NCBI GenBank assembly: GCA_963700155.1
Contig: OY969472.1
Location: 317,511-381,510 of the forward strand
DNA length: 64,000 bases
Source of the DNA: an uncultured bacterium
GTDB lineage: Bacteria > Patescibacteriota > Dojkabacteria > J137
Direction of reading: 5' to 3'
Positions 47,462 through 55,426 of the stretch are shown piece by piece; position 1 is the stretch's first letter; every line of letters begins with the position of its first letter. Under the pieces are notes generated by a model. It did not search any database. It saw only the letters and a program-made list of their open reading frames with translations, and had not been told where the DNA came from. A program made the translations under genes and the position numbers.

Positions 47462-49684
47462 TTATTTACTGCTTAACTTATCCCAAGGGATAGAATTAAC
47501 AAGGCCAGTTAACCAATCAAGACTTTTATCATAATTATCTACTGAGATAATACCATTTTTATACGTTAGAACTTTATCTCTATCTAGTACAAAATCAATT
47601 GAATACTGTTGTCCCCCTTGATTAATATTTATTGTATATTTCTCTCCCCAAGATTTTCCGGGGTGTTTTTGAATTAGAAGTGTATATTTTTTATCAGATT
47701 TATAATTTATAGAATCTGGCAAATCATAGCTTACATTCATTTCCTGTCTTAAGATCGGGTCTGATTCTTGAAATCTTCGATGATCAAACTGTACTATATT
47801 GTCACTAACTTCTTTATTCATAATTGAATCATAATATTCCTGTGGATAATAACCAACATATCCAGAGGCTGTGTATCCATCTGAATTGAAATTCGTAGTT
47901 CCAACTGGAGTCATAAATCTTACCCAGGCTCTATAGCTAAATGAAGTTGATGGTGAATATTGTTTTTCCAAACCAGGTTCATATACTTTTGTTTGAAGCC
48001 ATTTTACGTTAACAGCATCATTTATATTGCCATTGTCTTGGATTGTTACATTTTGTGTAACTTCGTCTCTAATCCATTTATTTAATTTTAATGAACAATT
48101 TTGTGCTTCATTCATATGGAAATAATCACCACCGCTATAATCAGTTGCAAATCTTCCAGACATTCCATAAGTATCTAAATACTTTTGAGTATCAGCGCTG
48201 AAAGGTGCTTCAATTGCTAAATCTCTTCTTTGGAACGATTGAATTATTGTACTTAGGATGTCAGGAAATTTTTCAACAGGTAGGTTGAAAAATTTCTTTT
48301 TAGCAGCATTAGCAATATCTTTAATAATCTCTTTTCTCTGATCATTTGGTAGATTTTGGTCTGTTTCTCCTTTAATAAAATCATATAAATTTTCTGCTGT
48401 AACAGTCCCATAACCTTCTACTTCTAGTGGTTGGATTAAATTTATTAAATTTGTTGCAAAAGTCTCATCAAGAAATAAAATATAATCATATTCGGGATAC
48501 TTATCTGGGTAGACAGGTTGAACAATATTATAGTAATCAACAAGCATACTTCCTATTTGGTGTAAATCTGGATAAATTCCTGCATCTTGAACTCTTAATT
48601 CAGTTCCTCCACATCCTAGATTCATTAAAACATTCTGCCCATAAATATTACTATATGGCATTGGTCGACCAACTCCCCATAAATCATATTGAAAGTTCCA
48701 CATATCTGTTAAAAAGATATCTTCACCTAAAGTACCTTTATCAATATTCATAAATCCATAAGCTGTTAATAAACCTCCTGAGGATCTCATCTCGGTTTCA
48801 TTTTGAAGTATTAATAAATATTTCGCAGGTTTGTTTGCTCCAACTAAGTCAGGAACGTATTTTAAGAAATTTGTGGTTTGAGCTGAAATTGTCGGGAATT
48901 CATCTATAAAATCATAACTAGATTGGATTGAATCTTTTAAATTATATCCTGCTATATTTGGAACATAATTTAAATCAATTTTCTTAACATCTTTTAGAAT
49001 ATCTTCTATTTGAGGTTCAATATTATTATAAAGTTTTAAATAACTAGGAAGCTGTTGCAGAATTAATGTCACTGCTCCTTCTTCTTCACCTTTTTTAGGA
49101 ATTACTTCATTTTGATCAACTTTAAATCCAGTTAATTTAAGTACATCTTTTAAATCCGGAAGAGTTGTTTGTATAACATTACTAGTTTTATGAAGTATTC
49201 CTCTGGCAACCTGGAAGTTTTCATAATATCCTTTTGTAGCATCCATAGAAGCTAAGAAATCATACCTACTTAATTCGCCATCTATATTATTTAAATCTGT
49301 CTCAATATTATTAAAATATGAGTCAATATTTGATAAATCTTTTCCATTAAAGTCATTAAGAATCGAAGCACCATTAGCCTTAATATCATCAACATAACCA
49401 AGGATTCTTTGAGCAGGAACAACTACAAAAAAATAACCTAAGCCACCAACTATCAATAGTATTGCAATTATTAACAATACAAAAATTCTTAATATTTTCT
49501 TCTTTTTCTTACTTTTATCTGAAACTATTGGGTTATCTACATTAACAACAGTTGTGGGTTTTTCGACTTGGTTTTCATTTTTTACTTCCGAATCTTGGAA
49601 TAAAACCCCGTCCGATTGACTGGATTCTTCTAATTTTTCTTTTTTAAAATTTAAATTTCTACTTTTCACCAAAATTAAATACAA
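47462..49684 (-). CDS. Membrane-anchored protein with a large extracytoplasmic DUF4012-like domain
   Basis: 740 aa: Lys-rich cytoplasmic N-terminus, one TM helix, and a 650-aa ectodomain. The motif YLLILQNETEMRSSGGLLTAYGFMNIDKGTL is shared with the 1048-aa protein. Confidence 0.45.
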   Translation of the reverse strand: MYLILVKSRNLNFKKEKLEESSQSDGVLFQDSEVKNENQVEKPTTVVNVDNPIVSDKSKKKKKILRIFVLLIIAILLIVGGLGYFFVVVPAQRILGYVDDIKANGASILNDFNGKDLSNIDSYFNNIETDLNNIDGELSRYDFLASMDATKGYYENFQVARGILHKTSNVIQTTLPDLKDVLKLTGFKVDQNEVIPKKGEEEGAVTLILQQLPSYLKLYNNIEPQIEDILKDVKKIDLNYVPNIAGYNLKDSIQSSYDFIDEFPTISAQTTNFLKYVPDLVGANKPAKYLLILQNETEMRSSGGLLTAYGFMNIDKGTLGEDIFLTDMWNFQYDLWGVGRPMPYSNIYGQNVLMNLGCGGTELRVQDAGIYPDLHQIGSMLVDYYNIVQPVYPDKYPEYDYILFLDETFATNLINLIQPLEVEGYGTVTAENLYDFIKGETDQNLPNDQRKEIIKDIANAAKKKFFNLPVEKFPDILSTIIQSFQRRDLAIEAPFSADTQKYLDTYGMSGRFATDYSGGDYFHMNEAQNCSLKLNKWIRDEVTQNVTIQDNGNINDAVNVKWLQTKVYEPGLEKQYSPSTSFSYRAWVRFMTPVGTTNFNSDGYTASGYVGYYPQEYYDSIMNKEVSDNIVQFDHRRFQESDPILRQEMNVSYDLPDSINYKSDKKYTLLIQKHPGKSWGEKYTININQGGQQYSIDFVLDRDKVLTYKNGIISVDNYDKSLDWLTGLVNSIPWDKLSSK

Positions 49685-49773
49685 AATATTACGGCTTAAA
49701 CAGTATACCAGAGGTTAAGTCTTATTATTACTAAAACTTGTGATTTACTCTCCCTTATCTATATAATATATTT

Positions 49774-50658
49774 ATGAACTTAAGAAATGAAGTAGAATTT
49801 TATCGGACAAATAAATTAAGGTTAGGTAGAGATATTTTTCTTTCTATACTAATCTTAGGATTTTTCCTAATTGGATTTTGGGCAGCAACATATTTTTCGA
49901 ACCAAATAGATACAAGTTTAAAAAATGCTTCAGCTACAATAACTCCAAGGTATTGGTATATTCAAAAAGTTACTCCTGATAAAAATAATAAATTTACTTT
50001 AGCAGTACAAAGTAGTATTGGTAATGTTAGAAATTATGAAAATATTATTTCTTATGGGCTTTCTCAAAGCGGAAGATACCTTGCACTGCATAATATTGAG
50101 GGTATTTATATAATTGATTTAGAAGATGAAAGTAGAAAAACTGTTGCTGCCCCTGTTGATAAATTTTTCGGAGATATTGGTGAAGTTTTTAGTTGGAATA
50201 ACGATGATGAATATTTTGCTTTACCTGTAGTCGTGCAAAGTCCAAAACAACATACAGAAGTATGGATTTATAAGAAAGATGGAACACTCTATTCAACAAT
50301 AACCGCAGATATTCCAGTTAGTGAATCCGGAAAGAGCATTGTTGAGCCAGTATATTTTTCAAAGAAAGACAATATACTACTGATTAGAACATATAAAACT
50401 GATGACCTTTCTTTTGTCCAAGACAGTAGTAAAAAATATTCGCTTTATGACCTTCCAATTTATCTAGATACCTATAATTTAGAAGGTAAAATGATTGAAG
50501 AGTTTAACGTTAGAGATTATGATACTACTGGAACTAATATTATCTATTTTTGGAATCAAACAGCAGACTATATCGAATATTACATCTATAAAAATACACC
50601 ACCAGATATAACAAAAGATTATCTATTTACAAAACAAGTAGCCGACAATGGAAGATAA
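49774..50658 (+). CDS. Membrane-anchored protein with a probable beta-propeller-like ectodomain
   Basis: 294 aa; N-terminal TM, then repetitive beta-strand-rich sequence (…YGLSQSGRYLALHNIEGIYIIDLEDES…). The assignment is weak. Confidence 0.3.
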   Translation: MNLRNEVEFYRTNKLRLGRDIFLSILILGFFLIGFWAATYFSNQIDTSLKNASATITPRYWYIQKVTPDKNNKFTLAVQSSIGNVRNYENIISYGLSQSGRYLALHNIEGIYIIDLEDESRKTVAAPVDKFFGDIGEVFSWNNDDEYFALPVVVQSPKQHTEVWIYKKDGTLYSTITADIPVSESGKSIVEPVYFSKKDNILLIRTYKTDDLSFVQDSSKKYSLYDLPIYLDTYNLEGKMIEEFNVRDYDTTGTNIIYFWNQTADYIEYYIYKNTPPDITKDYLFTKQVADNGR

Positions 50659-52831
50659 TGACCAAAAAAAAGAACAAAATTTAAATGACCAGAATAATCC
50701 AATTCAAGAACCTGAAAAGAAGGAGGAACTTCCTGCTGAAGATTTAACAAAAGATAATGAGCCAGCAGTTAATCCAACAGAAAAAACTCCAGGTTTTTTA
50801 GCAGCTGACATCCCTGAACAATCTGAAGATATAAATAAGCCGGTAGAAAATATACTTAACCCTAAAGTCAAACCTCAAAGTAGCTTACCAGAAGAGGTTT
50901 TGGCGAACCACAAGATTGATAGAGAAAGTTATAAGAAATCACTACAAAATGAAAATTCTAAAGAGCCGCCAAAACCTCTTTCTGAAAGTACAAAGGGCAA
51001 TCAATTCCAACAAATGATACAAAAGGTAAGAAATGTTTTTAAGAATGAATCTAATGTTGTAAAAATACTCTTAATAATACCTGCCCTGATTGCGATTTGT
51101 TTTGTTTTATTTTTCTTAGCTTATCTTGCAAATATCGATACAGCTATTTTCAAAATAAGAATGGAGGGAACAATAACTGATTCTTCAACCCAAACACCGA
51201 TTAGTTTTGCGAAGGTATATATCAATGGACAAGAAAAAGCAACTTCTGATGAGACTGGAAATTATCAAATTGATAATTTAAGTCCTCAAGTTTCAGATGT
51301 AAAAGTAACTGCAAATGGCTACGATGATTTCACAAAACAAATCGCCATTACTCGAGGGTTTTTAGCTTATACAGTAAAACAAGATTTCACACTCTCTTCT
51401 TCTCAACAGGCAAGTGTTGAAGGAAAGCTTATTGCAAATAATAATAAATATGATTTCTCAAGCGATAAAATAATTATTAATGATAAGGAATATCGAATTA
51501 ATTCAAATGGAACTTTTAATATAAATGATTTAAAAACAGGAACAATTCACTTTCAATATAATTCAATGAGCTTTAAAGACATTGATACTCAATATGTACT
51601 TCTTGCTGGTACAAATAAACTTCAGGATATAGTTCTGGAACCTGCAGGAGATATCACCGGAGTACTTAAAAGTTATGTTAGTGAAGATCTTGTACTTGGT
51701 GCACAATTTAATATTGAAAATGTCTCAGCAAGTCAGGTGAAAGTTGATGATAAAGGTAATTTTGTTATCAGTGATCTTGATGTAGATAAAAAATATAAAA
51801 TTCGAGTAATCGCAGATGGTTATAGAACAAGAGATTATGAGATAGTAATAAAACAAGGAGAAAATAAACTGTTTGACTTTAGACTTGTAGAAAACTTTAC
51901 AGCTGCTTTTTTAAGAAAAGTAGAAAACCATTCTCAATTTTTTAGATCTGACCTTGATGGTATTAATTCTGAACAAGTAACTTTTATTGATAACTTTAAT
52001 CCATTCTCATGGTATTTCAACAATTCTGAATCCACTCTTTATTTCTTAAGCAATCATGAACATTTTTCTGGGGCAGAATCTAATGTAAGGGTGGCCTATT
52101 CTGTCGATAGCAGTAATAAATTAACACGTTTAACAACGAATACTACTAATCTTGGTAAGGTTTTTGCAAACTTTAGTGCTAAAAAACTAATAAATATAGT
52201 TACTAACCATCCAGGTTATTCAACAAGTAGTCAGACTTTACAAGTTATGGATCTCAGTGGAGAAAATAAGAAAGATATTAAGTCCATTGACCAAGGAACA
52301 TTTAGTAATGTTTTGATGAGTGATGATGGAAATTATATTTTCTTTGTTGAAGACGATGGTGATAATGCAGGATTCTATAGAGTTAATATAGCAAACGGTG
52401 ATTCAAAACTAATTTCACAAGTAGAAAATGTTATACCTTATGATATAAGCAAAGATGGCGGACAAGTTGTATTTTCTAGAAAGAATTCAGCCACTGGTTT
52501 TAATGATCTTGCTTTATATAACTTTTCAAATAATGAAACAAGGATTTTAGACGAAAACTTGGATGGATTTAATTATCAATTTGTCGAAGATAATGACGAT
52601 CAGATACTCTACTTTGCCAAAAGAGCTGGAGAATTTAATGTCTATAAATTTACAATTTCTTTGAATAAAGATGAAAAAGTTACTGGTTTAACTTCAGATT
52701 ATGAAATACTAAGTATTTATCAGAATGGTAAGTATCTATTTTATTATACAAACAAAGGACTATATGTCTTAGATACTACAACTCCTAAGAACTTCAAAAT
52801 TGTAACTGATGATGTTGTAATCCCTGACTGA
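50648..52831 (+). CDS. Membrane-anchored protein with carboxypeptidase-regulatory-like (CarboxypepD_reg) domains and a TolB-like (PD40) beta-propeller region
   Basis: 727 aa with a disordered N-terminus and a TM helix. GTITDSSTQTPISFAKVYINGQEKATSDETGNYQIDNLSPQVSDVKVTANGYDD and GVLKSYVSEDLVLGAQFNIENVSASQVKVDDKGNFVISDL...IRVIADGYRTRDYEI are CarboxypepD_reg-like. The C-terminal repeats DGNYIFFVEDDG.../DISKDGGQVVFSR are PD40-like. Confidence 0.5.
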   Translation: MEDNDQKKEQNLNDQNNPIQEPEKKEELPAEDLTKDNEPAVNPTEKTPGFLAADIPEQSEDINKPVENILNPKVKPQSSLPEEVLANHKIDRESYKKSLQNENSKEPPKPLSESTKGNQFQQMIQKVRNVFKNESNVVKILLIIPALIAICFVLFFLAYLANIDTAIFKIRMEGTITDSSTQTPISFAKVYINGQEKATSDETGNYQIDNLSPQVSDVKVTANGYDDFTKQIAITRGFLAYTVKQDFTLSSSQQASVEGKLIANNNKYDFSSDKIIINDKEYRINSNGTFNINDLKTGTIHFQYNSMSFKDIDTQYVLLAGTNKLQDIVLEPAGDITGVLKSYVSEDLVLGAQFNIENVSASQVKVDDKGNFVISDLDVDKKYKIRVIADGYRTRDYEIVIKQGENKLFDFRLVENFTAAFLRKVENHSQFFRSDLDGINSEQVTFIDNFNPFSWYFNNSESTLYFLSNHEHFSGAESNVRVAYSVDSSNKLTRLTTNTTNLGKVFANFSAKKLINIVTNHPGYSTSSQTLQVMDLSGENKKDIKSIDQGTFSNVLMSDDGNYIFFVEDDGDNAGFYRVNIANGDSKLISQVENVIPYDISKDGGQVVFSRKNSATGFNDLALYNFSNNETRILDENLDGFNYQFVEDNDDQILYFAKRAGEFNVYKFTISLNKDEKVTGLTSDYEILSIYQNGKYLFYYTNKGLYVLDTTTPKNFKIVTDDVVIPD

Positions 52832-52847
52832 ATGATATAATTGGTAC

Positions 52848-54023
52848 ATGAATGTAAAAGAACAATTCCCCATTTTCCAAAATAATCCTGGATTAATATA
52901 TCTGGATAATTCTGCCACAACTCAAAAACCACAAAGAGTTATTGATGCAGTTGTTGACTACTATTCAAAATATAATTCTAACGTTCATCGTGGACTTTAT
53001 CCTCTCTCTGAGAAATCAACAGGAAAATACGAATCAGCAAGAAAAATAATTGCAGAATTTCTTAATGCAGAACCTGAAGAAATTATTTTTACAAGTGGAA
53101 CAACAGACGGAATAAACTCGATTGCTGAAAGCTTAAAGTTATCCGGAATGATCAGCAATAATCCAGAGATTTTACTCACTGAATTGGAGCATCATTCGAA
53201 TATCCTCCCCTGGCAAAGAATAACAACTCAACTTGAATACTTGGAACTAGATGAAGATGAGCAATTGCTGATAAAAGCCCAAAAAGACGAATACGACATT
53301 ATCTCAACAACCCTGGTTAGCAATGTAACTGGAACAATTAATGATATTCATGAAATTTCCAAGATTAATCATAAAATTTTAATTATTGATGCAGCTCAAG
53401 CAATTGCTCATCTTCCAATTGATGTAAAAACATTAGGAGCTGATTTCATTGTGTTCTCGGGTCACAAAATGTATGGACCAACTGGAGTTGGAGTTATCTG
53501 GGGAAGAAAAGAGTTATTAGAAAAAATGGAACCATTTAGAGTTGGAGGTGGAATGATTAATGAAGTTAAAAGAGATTCAGCTACTTGGGCAGAGATTCCT
53601 GAGAAATTCGAAGCAGGAACTCCACCGATAGCACAGGTGATTGGACTAGCTGAAGCTGCAAATTTTCTTAAAGATCTGAGATTTGAAGAAATTGAAAAAC
53701 ATGAACAACACTTAAGAAAATACCTTATCGAAAATTTGCAGCAAATTGAAAATATAAAAATCTATCATCCAGATTTATCAAAAAAAGCTGTAGGGGTTAT
53801 AAGTTTCACTGTTGAAGGAATTCATCCTCATGATCTATCTCAGTTTTTAGGAGATAGAAATATTTGTGTTCGTGCCGGACACCATTGTACTCAAATTCTT
53901 CATAGAGAAGTTTTAGAAATTCCTGCTAGTGTTCGTGTGAGTTTGGCTATATATAATACTGAGGAAGATATTGATAAATTGATAAATGAAATAATCTCTG
54001 CAAAACAATATTACCTAAAGTAA
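52848..54023 (+). CDS. sufS: Cysteine desulfurase (SufS/CsdA-type, aminotransferase class V)
   Basis: ...IYLDNSATTQKPQRVIDAV...FSGHKMYGPTGVGVIWGRKELLEKMEPF (PLP lysine in SGHK) ...RAGHHCTQ. Confidence 0.85.
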   Translation: MNVKEQFPIFQNNPGLIYLDNSATTQKPQRVIDAVVDYYSKYNSNVHRGLYPLSEKSTGKYESARKIIAEFLNAEPEEIIFTSGTTDGINSIAESLKLSGMISNNPEILLTELEHHSNILPWQRITTQLEYLELDEDEQLLIKAQKDEYDIISTTLVSNVTGTINDIHEISKINHKILIIDAAQAIAHLPIDVKTLGADFIVFSGHKMYGPTGVGVIWGRKELLEKMEPFRVGGGMINEVKRDSATWAEIPEKFEAGTPPIAQVIGLAEAANFLKDLRFEEIEKHEQHLRKYLIENLQQIENIKIYHPDLSKKAVGVISFTVEGIHPHDLSQFLGDRNICVRAGHHCTQILHREVLEIPASVRVSLAIYNTEEDIDKLINEIISAKQYYLK

Positions 54024-54027
54024 TACT

Positions 54028-54504
54028 TTACTTAAGATGCCAATAAGCAGTAATAATACCATCATCTCCTACAACTTTTGCATAGTTTGCACAACCATTC
54101 AAAAGACTTGGATCTAAACCAGGATAACAATATGTGCCTCTCGTTAACCAACCTGAATTTGCTGCATAAACAGGCTGGTTAGTAACCGGCAATGCAACAA
54201 TATCTATTGCATTATGAGCATATGGACCACTATAACCTTGAGTCATTACAACATTACCTTTTAGAGGGAGTTGTAATGGATTACCTGATGAACCACAACC
54301 ATCGCCTGGTTTTAAATAATCACATGGATTTTTATTAAGACCATTTACATATACCTCAAAATGCAAATGAGTTCCTGAAGTTGGATTACTTGGAGATGGT
54401 AGTGGGATAACATATCCAGTATTACCCATAATACCTATTACCGTTCCAGCATAAACATAAGTATTTGAAGGAACTTGAGTAAGTATCAATTGCTGCATAG
54501 CCAA
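54028..54504 (-). CDS. M23/LytM-family peptidase domain protein with the two motif halves in swapped order (apparent circular permutation)
   Basis: The N-terminal part, ...YAGTVIGIMGNTGY...SGTHLHFEVYVNG..NP, corresponds to the canonical C-terminal half (G.TG.STGPHLHFE). After a Cys/Gly-rich linker, ...GPYAHNAIDIVALP...PVYAANSGW...GCANYAKVVGDDGIITAYWHLK* corresponds to the canonical N-terminal half (HxxxD...PVyA..G.V...GyGn.v.i.h.dG..t.YaHL). Confidence 0.6.
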   Translation of the reverse strand: MAMQQLILTQVPSNTYVYAGTVIGIMGNTGYVIPLPSPSNPTSGTHLHFEVYVNGLNKNPCDYLKPGDGCGSSGNPLQLPLKGNVVMTQGYSGPYAHNAIDIVALPVTNQPVYAANSGWLTRGTYCYPGLDPSLLNGCANYAKVVGDDGIITAYWHLK

Positions 54505-54590
54505 AATTTGCTCTGCATTTAGATGTTCTTCTGTATTTTGAAGTTCATTAATTTTTGATTTCTGATGCGTTATTAGTCTCTTGCAACTGA

Positions 54591-55316
54591 TTAATTGCTG
54601 AATAATATTCCGACAAGTTTAAGATCCACATCTTCCTTTTTCTTGTCTAAATCTGATTTTTTAACATCTTCATCTTCCTTTGATCTCTTTAGCTCGATTA
54701 ATTTTCTATCAAGTTCTTTCTTTTTATCCGATAGTTCTTGCTTTAATTGTGCTACTTTCACCATTAACTCATTAGTACTTGATTGAATTAACTCTTTATA
54801 TTGAGAATCTTTAAAGTAATTATTTATATTATCAATTACCAAAATTTTACTTCCACCTTCAATGTTTCCATACATTCGATAGTTCATATAACTATTCTTG
54901 ATTCTTAAGCTTGACTCTGTTTCAAGACCTGCAATTGTATCTTCCGTACTCTTAATCAGTTTCTGGTTATCTGAAATTTGACCGTTTAAAATTTCTATAT
55001 TTGTTTGTAACTGTTCAATTTCAAGCCTAAGCTGATCAATCTGTTTTTGATACAGCTGTGCTTCACCTTGCAAACTTGAAACTTGTGAATTATATCCATT
55101 AATAGTATAGGTATTGGAATCCAATTGAGCCTGTAGTTCTGCTTCTTGAGCTCTAATATCGTCTAACTGCTTTTGGAGTCTATCAACTTTTTCCTGAGGA
55201 GTTTCTGCAAAAACTTTATATTCTGAGAATGAAACTATTTGTGAAAAAGGCGCAGCAAATAGAGCAAACAAAAGCACAACAAGAATTAGATTTTTTATAT
55301 TGAAAAGCTTTTTCAT
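54591..55316 (-). CDS. Secreted/anchored coiled-coil protein; EnvC/NlpD-like N-terminal module upstream of the M23 gene
   Basis: 241 aa: a signal/TM sequence followed by long heptad-like Q/E/L-rich stretches (…LQKQLDDIRAQEAELQAQLD…IDQLRLEIEQLQTNIEILNGQI…). Confidence 0.5.
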   Translation of the reverse strand: MKKLFNIKNLILVVLLFALFAAPFSQIVSFSEYKVFAETPQEKVDRLQKQLDDIRAQEAELQAQLDSNTYTINGYNSQVSSLQGEAQLYQKQIDQLRLEIEQLQTNIEILNGQISDNQKLIKSTEDTIAGLETESSLRIKNSYMNYRMYGNIEGGSKILVIDNINNYFKDSQYKELIQSSTNELMVKVAQLKQELSDKKKELDRKLIELKRSKEDEDVKKSDLDKKKEDVDLKLVGILFSN

Positions 55317-55426
55317 AATAGTTAAAAATACTTACATTATATATATTATATGGAGAATACATTTCATGCAAGTTTAAGTCTATAATAGCCTATTCCTGCA
55401 AACCTTTTACGTGTATAATATCGTAT

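Noticed and set aside
54505-54617. Frameshift fusing the coiled-coil ORF (54591..55316) to the M23 ORF.
   Set aside because: The M23 reading frame has a stop about 35 codons upstream of its ATG/TTG start, and the coiled-coil ORF ends with its own stop. An 86-nt intergenic gap separates two genes, so no frameshift is needed, although the two proteins probably function together.
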